Origin: Andalucia godoyi And28
Taxonomy: Eukaryota > Protista > Jakobida
Direction: 5' to 3'
Assembly (NCBI GenBank): GCA_009859145.1
Contig: VRVR01000013.1
Coordinates: 24,786-88,785, forward strand
Length of the DNA stretch: 64,000 nt
Positions 22,059-31,703 of this stretch are shown here, one piece after another. Under the pieces are notes generated by a model, which saw only the letters and a list, made by a program, of their open reading frames with translations, was not told where the DNA came from and ran no database searches. Each line of letters starts with the position of its first letter. Position 1 is the stretch's first letter. The position numbers and the translations under genes are program-made.

Positions 22059-22481
22059 ATGTTTGCGCACTCGGATGAAACACAGTTTACGGTCAAGACG
22101 ATTGCGACATGTGCTGCAGCGTTCACGGTGACGACAGCTCTTTGCGTAGTTGCGTCTTTGCTGTATTCGAATTTCCTGCCGCTTCTGTCTTTGGGGTTCT
22201 TCTTGGTCTCTCCCATCCCGTACTTCATGTGCGGGAAGGCCCGAGCAGATTCCTCGGCTGTGTTTGGATCCGATGACGAGCCGGGAATAGCCCACATGGG
22301 ACAGTTCCTTTCGTCCTTTGCTGCGTTCATCGGAATCGGACTTCCGTGGCTGCTGCTTCACACGGAGGCAATGCAAACAACTGCGGCGGTAATGACGTTC
22401 TTTGGAGGAATTGTGTTGTATGGATCGCTTATTCTCATCGAGTATCTCAAAGGAAGAAGAGAAAAGGCAAGCTCGTGGTAG
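22059..22481 (+). CDS. VPS55: Vps55/LEPROT (OB-RGRP) family membrane protein
   Basis: Four hydrophobic helices; SNFLPLL...SPIPYF, GQFLSS...GLPWLLLHT. Confidence 0.8.
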   Translation: MFAHSDETQFTVKTIATCAAAFTVTTALCVVASLLYSNFLPLLSLGFFLVSPIPYFMCGKARADSSAVFGSDDEPGIAHMGQFLSSFAAFIGIGLPWLLLHTEAMQTTAAVMTFFGGIVLYGSLILIEYLKGRREKASSW

Positions 22482-22741
22482 CTTCCTCAACATCTTCCAA
22501 GAAAGAGTGCCCAGTGTCGTCGGGGTGCGCATACCCAAATTATCGACAACGCATGATGTCGGTATTGTGACTATTCAAACAATGTTTATATTAAAAAAAG
22601 TAGGAAAACTAAAGCAGCTCGGAAGCGTAACCGCCACCGCAACCACCACCAACAACAAGATGATCATGGTCATCACGACAACGACGACGATTGTTGTGGT
22701 GATGGTGATAATGGTGGGTCCTGTTAGAGAGACAGGGAAAT

Positions 22742-23506
22742 CTACCCAATCATGGTACGTTTTCTGCCTCGAAGCCGAACTTGCTCCAATTTCGCGAGAA
22801 CTGTCGCTGCCTTTTTCGATTTCGAGCGGTACGCAGCGAGAATAAGGTCGACAAATCTCTGAGAATCTGGATGTGTCGATAAGAATGCACGCTCTAAAAC
22901 GTACAGATCAACTGCCTTGTCTTCCGGCAGCGTGGATGAATATGAAAGCCCAAAGTCAAGCAAGACAACCGATTGTGATTGTTGGAGTGGATGATGCTCG
23001 TGGTGCGGTTGGTGCGGTTGGTGTTGTTGCAGAGTGTGTCGATGTTGATTCAAGTGCGGTTGGGAAAAGTGACCGTGCACACTGGTCTCGCCATCCCGGA
23101 TCATCAGATTAGAAGTTGTGAGATCTCCATGCACAAGATCAATGTCATGAAGAGCTGCAAGGACGCTTCCGACTTGCGAAAACATGTCCGCGGATTCCTT
23201 TCCTTGGAAAATGGTTTCTTTGAGCGTGAGCCCATGAATTCTCTCCATAAAGATCGCAGTCTTTGGTTCGTCTACAAAGTACACGGCCGGAACATCAATC
23301 CCTGCTTTTTGGCACCGGACAAACATGCGGCACTCTTGCTGCAGACGGCGCTGGGTAATCCGGGAATCAAGAAGCGGATGTCGGTATCGTTTGCTGAACC
23401 GCTGCTTGATGATGCATGGCCGACCGAGGAACAGGCACTCATAAACCCTACCTTCTGCACCCTGTGCAATCAACTCGAGATTAGGAAGCTTGAAATCCAG
23501 GTTCAT
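22742..23506 (-). CDS. BUD32: KEOPS kinase BUD32/TP53RK
   Basis: AQGAEGRV, KQRFSKRYRHP.LD, HGDLTTSN, LLDFGLS, EDKAVDLYVLERAF and VRLRGRKR.MIG. Confidence 0.97.
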   Translation of the reverse strand: MNLDFKLPNLELIAQGAEGRVYECLFLGRPCIIKQRFSKRYRHPLLDSRITQRRLQQECRMFVRCQKAGIDVPAVYFVDEPKTAIFMERIHGLTLKETIFQGKESADMFSQVGSVLAALHDIDLVHGDLTTSNLMIRDGETSVHGHFSQPHLNQHRHTLQQHQPHQPHHEHHPLQQSQSVVLLDFGLSYSSTLPEDKAVDLYVLERAFLSTHPDSQRFVDLILAAYRSKSKKAATVLAKLEQVRLRGRKRTMIG

Positions 23507-23577
23507 ATTTTCCCCCTTCTAGTACTTTTATGGTTGACCGTTTTGTGCATCAACATTGGACATCAAAGAAAAACAAA

Positions 23578-23960
23578 ACAACACCATACCGGAAGTTGCT
23601 TATCCGACCCAATGGGGACGCGCCGTTCTTACCGTAGTCAAGTCGAGAATTTCTTTCATTCTCCGCTTTTGTTAGTATTGCTTCTGTGATTTCTGTTTGT
23701 TTCTCATATTTATAATCGAACCCTCAAACAGCACCTCCTCATCAAAGACAAGACATCTCATGGCTCCAAAGAGGGATCTTCCCAACAAACTCAAACCGGC
23801 CATGCCCGACGATTCGTCGGAGGCGGAGAGCAAGAAGAAGCGATGACCCTTTTGACTGCATTGAACAGTTGGTGCTCGCCCCAAATTGCGTCTGTCCTTG
23901 GTGACAGCTTACCCGGTGATCAATAATGATTCATATTTTATTTTATTTTTTGGCAAGCGG
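23578..23960 (-). repeat. Dispersed element family A, copy A2 (intermediate length)
   Basis: The reverse complement aligns in collinear blocks with 60715-61277 and with both ends of 3745-3855. Confidence 0.85.
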
Positions 23961-24538
23961 CTCAAGACACTCGCTCTGCTTTATTTCATCGGTGTACAAT
24001 GCATTGCAGTTGTGCCAAATCGGTCAGGGTGTTTCCAATGTTCACGCTGGTTTCGCACTCGGCGGGGATCATCAAAGAACAGAGAGAGCAAGAAAGGAAA
24101 AAACCGAGCAAGCATCAAGTCGTGAAGCATCAAGCAAGCAGAGAGCGATTTCGCGCTTTGTGTGTCCTCTTCGAAAGCCATTGTGGGCCTCTTGAAATCT
24201 CTTTGCCCTACAAGCCCACGCCCTTTCTTCTCCTCTCATGAAGGGGAAGCAACACGAACTTTTGTCCAATAAACACAGCGTTCCTCGTCATCCTTTCCTC
24301 TCTTTCTTTCTTTCTTCCTTTCTTTCTTTCTTTCTTTTCCTTTTTCTTTCTTTTCCTTTCCTTCTTCTTCTTTCTTCTGTCTTGTTTGGACTATTTCATT
24401 TATATTGAAACCTTCCGAAGCTTCTTTTATCTTCTTCCTTCGTTTGTTTTTTTGGTTTTTGTTGTTGTTGTGTTTGTTTTTTCTTTTCTTTTGTTGCTCC
24501 CCTCTCCCCGGTCTTCCCCTTCCTTTACATTCTAAACA

Positions 24539-25735
24539 ATGGCAGACGCGAAAGGCTCGAATTACAACTGGGACACGATTGAGTCCAACTATGACGAAGT
24601 GTTCACTTCGTTTGATGACATGAAGCTTCCTGAAGAGCTTCTCCGCGGAATCTACGGACATGGTTTTGAGAAGCCGTCTGCAATTCAGCAGCGTGCTATT
24701 GTTCCGTTCATCAAGGGTCGTGACGAGATTGCTCAGGCCCAGTCTGGAACGGGAAAGACTGCGACGTTTTCAATTGGTATTTTGGCACGTATTAACCCTG
24801 CCGTCAAGCAGACGCAGGCATTGTTGCTTGCCCCTACTCGTGAGCTTGCACTCCAGATTGCCTCTGTGTTCTCAGCACTTGGTGAACACATGGGAATCGA
24901 GGTCTATGCCTGCATTGGAGGAAACAACGTCCGTGCGGATATGAACAAGCTTGAGCAGGGTGTCCACGTGGTCATCGGAACCCCGGGACGTGTGTTTGAC
25001 ATGATCAACCGCCGTGCGCTCCGTGCAGATACCATCCGCATGTTTGTGCTCGATGAAGCAGATGAGATGCTTTCAAAGGGATTCAAGGAACAGATCTATG
25101 AGATTTTCAGATTTTTGCCAGAGGACGTCCAGGTTGGTCTGTTCTCTGCCACCATGCCCCCTGATGTTTTGGAAATCACACAAAAGTTCATGCGCGACTC
25201 TGTTCGCATCCTTGTTAAGAAGGAGGAGCTGACCCTTGAAGGAATCAAGCAGTTCTACATTGCAATCGACAAGGAGGAGTGGAAGGCGGAGGTTCTCATG
25301 GATCTGTACCAACTCATCAACATTGCTCAGTGCGTTATCTTCTGCAACTCCCGACGCAAGGTGGAGTACGTTACGGACAAGCTGAGAGCCAAGGACTTTG
25401 CGGTTGCGTCCATCCATGGTGAAATGCCCCAGCAGGAAAGAGAGTACATCATGAAGGAGTTCCGCTCTGGAGCTGCCCGTGTCCTCATCACCACCGATCT
25501 TCTTGCCCGAGGTATCGATGTCCAGCAGGTGTCCCTTGTTATCAACTACGATCTTCCCTCCAACAAGGAAAACTACATCCATCGTATCGGTCGTTCCGGT
25601 CGTTTCGGCAGAAAGGGTGTTTCCATCAACTTTGTTACCAAGGACGAGGCTGGAATGCTCCGTGAACTCGAGCAGTTCTACAATTGTACCATAGAGGAGA
25701 TGCCTGCAAACATTGCAGATCTTTTGGCTCCTTAA
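24539..25735 (+). CDS. EIF4A: Eukaryotic initiation factor 4A (DEAD-box helicase)
   Basis: [34 protein letters not shown] and [13 protein letters not shown]. Confidence 0.98.
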   Translation: MADAKGSNYNWDTIESNYDEVFTSFDDMKLPEELLRGIYGHGFEKPSAIQQRAIVPFIKGRDEIAQAQSGTGKTATFSIGILARINPAVKQTQALLLAPTRELALQIASVFSALGEHMGIEVYACIGGNNVRADMNKLEQGVHVVIGTPGRVFDMINRRALRADTIRMFVLDEADEMLSKGFKEQIYEIFRFLPEDVQVGLFSATMPPDVLEITQKFMRDSVRILVKKEELTLEGIKQFYIAIDKEEWKAEVLMDLYQLINIAQCVIFCNSRRKVEYVTDKLRAKDFAVASIHGEMPQQEREYIMKEFRSGAARVLITTDLLARGIDVQQVSLVINYDLPSNKENYIHRIGRSGRFGRKGVSINFVTKDEAGMLRELEQFYNCTIEEMPANIADLLAP

Positions 25736-26374
25736 GCAATGTTGCGATGTTGGGCATTGTTGGGACTGAAGGTAGTTTGGAAGTAAGCGTGCGTGAATGT
25801 CTGATTTGTCAATAATGTTTGTCTTTTTTTTTCTTTTTTTTTTTTTTTTTGGGTTTTGATTCGATCAATTTGTTCCTTCTCAGAAGAGAAAGAGAGAGAA
25901 ATTAAGAAAGGAAATTTTTTTAAAAAAAACTGAGAAGCAAACGTACGTCGAGAATGAAGAGGAACAGAAATGTGTGACTGGCTGACACGGCGGACGTGCT
26001 ACTCATTGCAAGGCTTCCAAGCATTCTTGCCTTGCAGAACGCACGTCCTCGCTGGAAGAGCGCCTGCGGTTTGTCCAAAAGCATTGCAAAGAACGGCATT
26101 GCTGTGCCTGCCCGAAAACACGTGCTTGTGCCAGCAAGAGGATACCCAGCACCGGTCGGTGCTACGATAAACGATTTTACAACCACGTACTGCCCGTAAG
26201 TCGAGCTGTTCAACCCCGGGGAAACACCGTTTGTGCGATAAGCGAACAGCGATCACCAGGCATGGATGGCATCAAGTCTTGTGTGGATCGAGTGCGCCGC
26301 TGTGGCTCGTATCCTATCTCTTCATTTACGTTACTTTGCATCTGTCAACGAAACCAACACTCGGGCATGTTAAA

Positions 26375-26948
26375 ATGATGAGATCGTCGTGGTTGGTTGC
26401 AATGTTGGTTGCGTGTGCTGTCGCTGCAGCTCCAGTTGCCAAGGCGCGTGCCGGTCTGCAGAACGACCTCTGTTTGCCTTGCCTTGAGTTCTTTGGCGAG
26501 TCGATTTCTGCTCTAGCGGTTGCGATTGACGGAGGAATCTTTGCGTCCTGTGCGGCACTATGCAGCGCAGCTGTCCACGAAGACAAGCTCTGCCCGACCT
26601 GACTGCCCGACCTGACTGCCCGACCTCAGGAAGTTTGCACCAGGTGGCCAGATTAAGTTCAATGTGTCCTACACCGTGAACAAGGAAATCGGAACCGGGA
26701 TGCTGCAGTACCGAATTCTCGACGCGGACGATGGCTCCATGGCCGCAGTTGACTATTTCTACATTGAAAAGTTCAAGCAAGGAAGCTTCTTCCACGTCTT
26801 TGAAGTGGACATCGACGACGGCTTCGACGTCGGCAAGTACAACCTCGAAGCAAAGGTCTGCGAGGGAGCATGCGAGTTCACCGCCACTCCCCACACATAC
26901 GTTTACGACATCAAGATCGTTCCAATCGTCATTGACAATTCCAAATAG
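26375..26948 (+). pseudogene. Countin-like secreted protein (saposin-like N-terminus plus C-terminal domain), frame disrupted
   Basis: Signal peptide plus LCLPCLEFF...SCAALC ends at a TGA at 26600. A second frame carries KFAPGGQIKFNVSYTVNKEIGTG...GKYNLEAKVCEGAC, which resembles the countin-like C-terminus. The break coincides with a 13-bp tandem repeat. Confidence 0.55.
26590..26628 (+). repeat. 13-bp tandem repeat x3 (CTGCCCGACCT[G/C]A)
   Basis: Direct reading. Confidence 0.95.
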
Positions 26949-27523
26949 TTTCTGCCGTCTGTTCTTGTTTTACATATAAAAATCTATGCCGAATTCGTGT
27001 CGTAATAATGTTAGTTAAATAAAGAAAGAAATATATTGTTCTTTGTCTCGCGCTTGTTTGCTGATTTCCTGCGGGGTGCCGTTTCCGTCTGTCAAAAAAC
27101 TGGAGACGCGTTTTTCGCAAGTTGCTGACCAACGAAGGTTTCGGAATGACTACCCTTGCCCTGTCGTTGCTTTGCATGCCGCCTCGGACCCACGTTCTTG
27201 TCGTACTGCATCATCCGTGTTGCAACCCGGACTGCGTTGTGCAGTACCGGGAAGGGAGAGATAGACCCCAACACGCACTTCGTGTTTGTTAAGCTGGATG
27301 TCAAGCGCACTGCCGTTCCAGTCGCAATCGATCCGACATCCGACATGTGCACCGCGGACGTGCGAAGGTCTTGTTTTCACCGAAACGACGGGATGATCAT
27401 GCCACCACACGGTCTGCATGTCTTGGAGTGCGCTCCTCCGTATCGGCCATGACTTGACCTGATAGTCCCCTGAACGCTTGTGCTCTGTGCAACAACCGTT
27501 GTCGAGACTCGCAATGGCCCCAA

Positions 27524-27541
27524 TACAACAACAACAACAAC

Positions 27542-27606
<65 letters not shown>

Positions 27607-27610
27607 TAAT
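27524..27610. repeat. (AAC)n(AAT)n microsatellite
   Basis: Direct reading. Confidence 0.95.
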
Positions 27611-28082
27611 AAACACAGGTGATATTGGTTTGCGTAGCAGAAATGACTATCCAAAAACACGTATCAATTTCACTTGCCATTTCTGTAGACATTCTTGCAT
27701 AACGAATTGACGATTCTCATTTTTTGGGTTTTTGGGCCTACATTGTACACTAACCACGGATAATCATCGCTGATCACCCATAACCAATGTTGCAACCCAG
27801 CAACATGCATAATGCAACGCGGGGGCGTGTTTATATAGGGATTTCATGATCAAAATGGGGCGAAACGAATCGGGCATCGTGTGACAGAGTTGGTTAAGAT
27901 AACAGACGCATGTGCATGGCGCGTGGCGGTGGTTCTGTTTACGTGCGCTTTAGATTGCTTCATCATACGGCAAGAAGTGTCAGCGGCATAAGACTCGAAG
28001 TGCAGACACTCTCGTTTTTATTTTTTATTTTTTCGCTTATAAAGCTGCAGCTCATTGCCGACGAAAAGCAAGAAAAAGTGAA

Positions 28083-29666
28083 ATGTCAGGTCGAAAGCCG
28101 TTCTCTTCCAAGCAGAAGAAGGCGCAACTGCAAGAAAAGCGGAAACGCAAAGCACAGCGAGGAAACGAGGCAAGCTCTGATTCCGACTCGGAAATCATCC
28201 ATGTTCAGCCTGGACATCCCGATCAGCAAAAGACGGACCCATGCAGTGCACCGCGTATTCGCAGCAACGCCGGTGCTTCCTCCTCCAATCCAGCTGCGGC
28301 TGCAGACTCGGGGAGCTCCGTGGAGCACTCTACAGCGAAGAGCGAACAATCCGCGCGACGGCCATCAAAGCGTGAAAAACAAGAAAAGTCGACAGCAGAG
28401 GCTTATCGGATTGATCATGAGCTTCCAACGGAGACTGCTGCGCGTATTTTGAAAGACACGATGGCGGACATGTCGCTTCGCAACCGACGATTCATGCACT
28501 TGTTCTTGGAACCGGACTCGGTGGTGCAGCAACAAAAGAAGCTTCGGTCGGTTCCATACCAGCGAAAACGCCACAACATTCTAGAGTTTGCCGGGAAGAC
28601 GGATCTGGTGCAGGTGCCCCGTCGGCCGGAATGGACGTATGAAATGTCGCGCGAAGAAGTGGAAAAGAACGAGGAGGAGATGTTCCAGCGGTGGATGATG
28701 GACGTGTTTTCGCGATTCAAACCGACAGAGCTCAACTACTTTGAATGTAATCTGGAGATGTGGAGACAGATGTGGCGAACGATGGAGCGATCCGACACAG
28801 TCGCAGTCATTACAGACATTCGCCATCCGTTGTTGCATGTTCCAAAGAACTTGATTGAGTATATTACGGTGCACAACAAGCGCAAGATGACTATTGTGCT
28901 CAACAAGTGCGACCTCGTTTCTCCGCAGCGCCAGCAAGCTTGGGTAGACTACTTCAAGCTCCAGTATCCACACATTCCTTCCATCCTGTTCTCATCACGA
29001 CGCGCTGATGTTCACTGTTCAAATCTGATCGATCTCTTCACGGAAATCGGAGCAACCAAGGTTGGAATGATTGGGCACCCTTCAGTCGGAAAGTCTTCTT
29101 TGCTGAATGCCCTTGTCGAACGAAAAGTCGCATCCACGTCCCGAACTCCAGGGCACACCAAGCATTTCCAGACGTTCTTCGTATCCAAGGAGCTCATGCT
29201 TGTCGATTGCCCGGGGCTGATGTTCCCGGTCACCGGTTGCGACCGCCATGTGCAGATTCTCTGCGGGCTATTCCCTCTAGCACAAGTCCGAGAGCCGTAT
29301 TCAGCGATTCGGACACTTGCAGAACATGTTCCAACCCCGCTTGAAGAGCATTTTCAACTGAAGTTCCCAAGCGAGGAGCTCTATGGACAAGTATCCGATG
29401 TCCCCGGTGCGTGGTCTCCCTTTGGAATATGCGTCGCTTATGCCGTCAAGAAGGGATACATGAACAAGGGTGGAGCGCCGAATGTCCACCGGGCAGCTTA
29501 TGAAATCCTGCGAGACTGCGTGGACGGCGTCATCGATTTTTCATTCGAGCCTCCACTCATTTCAGCTGAAAATCCGGCCGCGATGTCGTCAAACGATGAG
29601 CCAAAGTACAATGCCAATACAGCAGCCAGCTCATGCCTCGACAGCACCTCTGCAGTCCCCCAGTAG
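28083..29666 (+). CDS. GNL1: GNL1-like circularly permuted GTPase
   Basis: MSGRKPFSSKQKK, NLEMWRQMWRTMERSD, NKCD (G4) before GHPSVGKSS (G1), SRTPGHTKHFQT and DCPG. Confidence 0.9.
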   Translation: MSGRKPFSSKQKKAQLQEKRKRKAQRGNEASSDSDSEIIHVQPGHPDQQKTDPCSAPRIRSNAGASSSNPAAAADSGSSVEHSTAKSEQSARRPSKREKQEKSTAEAYRIDHELPTETAARILKDTMADMSLRNRRFMHLFLEPDSVVQQQKKLRSVPYQRKRHNILEFAGKTDLVQVPRRPEWTYEMSREEVEKNEEEMFQRWMMDVFSRFKPTELNYFECNLEMWRQMWRTMERSDTVAVITDIRHPLLHVPKNLIEYITVHNKRKMTIVLNKCDLVSPQRQQAWVDYFKLQYPHIPSILFSSRRADVHCSNLIDLFTEIGATKVGMIGHPSVGKSSLLNALVERKVASTSRTPGHTKHFQTFFVSKELMLVDCPGLMFPVTGCDRHVQILCGLFPLAQVREPYSAIRTLAEHVPTPLEEHFQLKFPSEELYGQVSDVPGAWSPFGICVAYAVKKGYMNKGGAPNVHRAAYEILRDCVDGVIDFSFEPPLISAENPAAMSSNDEPKYNANTAASSCLDSTSAVPQ

Positions 29667-30018
29667 ATGTGCATATCTGTGTGCTTCTTTTATCTATCTT
29701 GATTTACTGTTTCGTGTTCGCTGTGACTCGTGCGCGCTAAGAACGGACTCTATTTGACGACGCTGCAGGAACTGGGCTGGAGCCAAGATGTTTCGGAGCG
29801 CTTCCCCTATTGGACGGCAGGTGCCACATCAGTTCCCACTGCAACTGCTGTAGGGTGAACCGTTTGAGCAACTTTTGAACTGTTCTAATCGTATATTATT
29901 TCGTGTTTTTCACCGTTAATATTTTTTGCAATATTGTTTTTTTTATTTTCGCTTTTTCCAGCATTAAACATCATTTTCAATTTTCACAGTATAATTGCTA
30001 TTATCTTGTGAATCGTGA

Positions 30019-31575
30019 ATGACGGATATTCGCACCGAGTTTGTTGCGCTTTGCCACGAGGATCCATCGTACAACGCAGGATTTGTCTCTGTGCTGTCGC
30101 TTGATCACATCTTCAAGCAGCTTGGGCTTTCGTTTGGGTCTTCAGATGCAGACAGCATCATGGTCCACTTGGATATCCTTGATAATGGCCATGTGGACAT
30201 TTCGTCTCTTGAAAATCACCTCGCCGCACAAAAGTCGAGCGCATCCCATCCCGTCGTCCATCCCAGTGTTGGTTCCTATCCCAATCCCAATCCCAATACG
30301 GGTGCTAATGGTAATGGTATGGGTCACCATGCAAACAGCACTTATCATTACCCAGCGTCTGCATCTGCGTCTTCCTCTTATTATACGTCCTCTACTCCTG
30401 CTTATCCTGCAAGCAATCCAAGTCATGCCACGCTGTCGCCGACTCCTTCGAATTTCTCGTCCGTGTACACTTCGGACGCAGGAGCCGCGGCGCAGGAGCT
30501 AATCCAGAAGAATAGTCGCGAGTTGCACAGAGACTTCTCGCTCTTCGACCGCGGCCTCGTGACTGCTCGTGTGTTTGCGGACCAGCTGTCGGCACTTGGG
30601 TTTGTCGTCGCGGATGAGCTTGTGAATGCGCTGAACAAGCATGAGCGTGGCTCGCTGATCAATTTTGCCAACTTTATGAAGATCCTTGCGAAGACCCAGG
30701 TCTCCATCGCGTCGTACGATAGTCGGTCGACTGTTGGAACCCCTGAAACGGGCTCTGTGGCTGGAGGAACTCGACCACAGCGTGGACTGGAATCGAGACT
30801 GTATTCGCCTGCCTCGGTGTCTCAACACATGGGATTTGGAGCTGGACGCGCGCTTTCCGATGACCGTCGGGCTGTGCAGGATGTCATTCGGGCGTATTGC
30901 CGTGGAGAGATGTCCGGTCCGGAGTTCAGGGCAAAGTTGGTGAATGGTTTCCAAATCAACATTACCGAGTCTCTCGATGCCCTCATTCTGAAGACGCACC
31001 GGGATGGATTCGCAAACTTTCGTGATGTGTTGAAAGAGGTTGGGAAGGCCGCACCAGAGATTGTGCATGGAAAGCAGAATACTGACGATGACATTGACGA
31101 CCGCATGTCGGTCGTTTCTGTTGCATCCACCAGACCATCTGCGAGAACGAGTGGAAATATCATCTCTTGGGACGGACAGCCTCCTGAACAGCAGAGACCC
31201 ATGCGTCGCGAGCATCGTTTGGAAGCCCCGTTTGCGCTGACTGCTGGATATGGAGGAAACGACATCCCGTTTCAAAAGACCTCGCGACCTGCCTCTGCGG
31301 TTTTGATGTCACCGACGACGAAATCACGCCCCAGCAACTACGGATGGACCGACTCTTCGTCTTCTGCAGCGGGATCTCGAGAGACAGACGCATCAGACGT
31401 TCCGCGCGGACAGGGCATAGGAATCAGTGCCGCCTCGAGCAAGCATTCGCAAGGCCACGGAAATATTTTGAACTGGAATACGAAGCCTACCGAGTCCGAG
31501 TCCCCCAAAGTTTCATCTCGTCGTGTCACCCAACCGCGCGATGTGAAGCGTCCTGTCTGGGCTTATGAAAACTGA
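30019..31575 (+). CDS. Uncharacterised protein with degenerate EF-hand-like repeats
   Basis: DILDNGHVD plus two further helix-loop-helix repeats (..INFANFMK; ..ANFRDVLK), followed by a disordered C-terminus. Confidence 0.65.
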   Translation: MTDIRTEFVALCHEDPSYNAGFVSVLSLDHIFKQLGLSFGSSDADSIMVHLDILDNGHVDISSLENHLAAQKSSASHPVVHPSVGSYPNPNPNTGANGNGMGHHANSTYHYPASASASSSYYTSSTPAYPASNPSHATLSPTPSNFSSVYTSDAGAAAQELIQKNSRELHRDFSLFDRGLVTARVFADQLSALGFVVADELVNALNKHERGSLINFANFMKILAKTQVSIASYDSRSTVGTPETGSVAGGTRPQRGLESRLYSPASVSQHMGFGAGRALSDDRRAVQDVIRAYCRGEMSGPEFRAKLVNGFQINITESLDALILKTHRDGFANFRDVLKEVGKAAPEIVHGKQNTDDDIDDRMSVVSVASTRPSARTSGNIISWDGQPPEQQRPMRREHRLEAPFALTAGYGGNDIPFQKTSRPASAVLMSPTTKSRPSNYGWTDSSSSAAGSRETDASDVPRGQGIGISAASSKHSQGHGNILNWNTKPTESESPKVSSRRVTQPRDVKRPVWAYEN

Positions 31576-31703
31576 GAGACTTTAACAGTTGGCATTCATC
31601 TTTTGTTTACTTTCTAACTAATAAAATAAAATAAAATAAACATGACACATCAAGAACAATAACCTAATAAAAACAAAACATATGAACACAAAAGGAGTGT
31701 CCG

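Noticed and set aside
25950-26370. Cys-rich open frames upstream of the countin-like gene, and the 27156-27452 ORF downstream
   Set aside because: No convincing start codon or recognisable motif.
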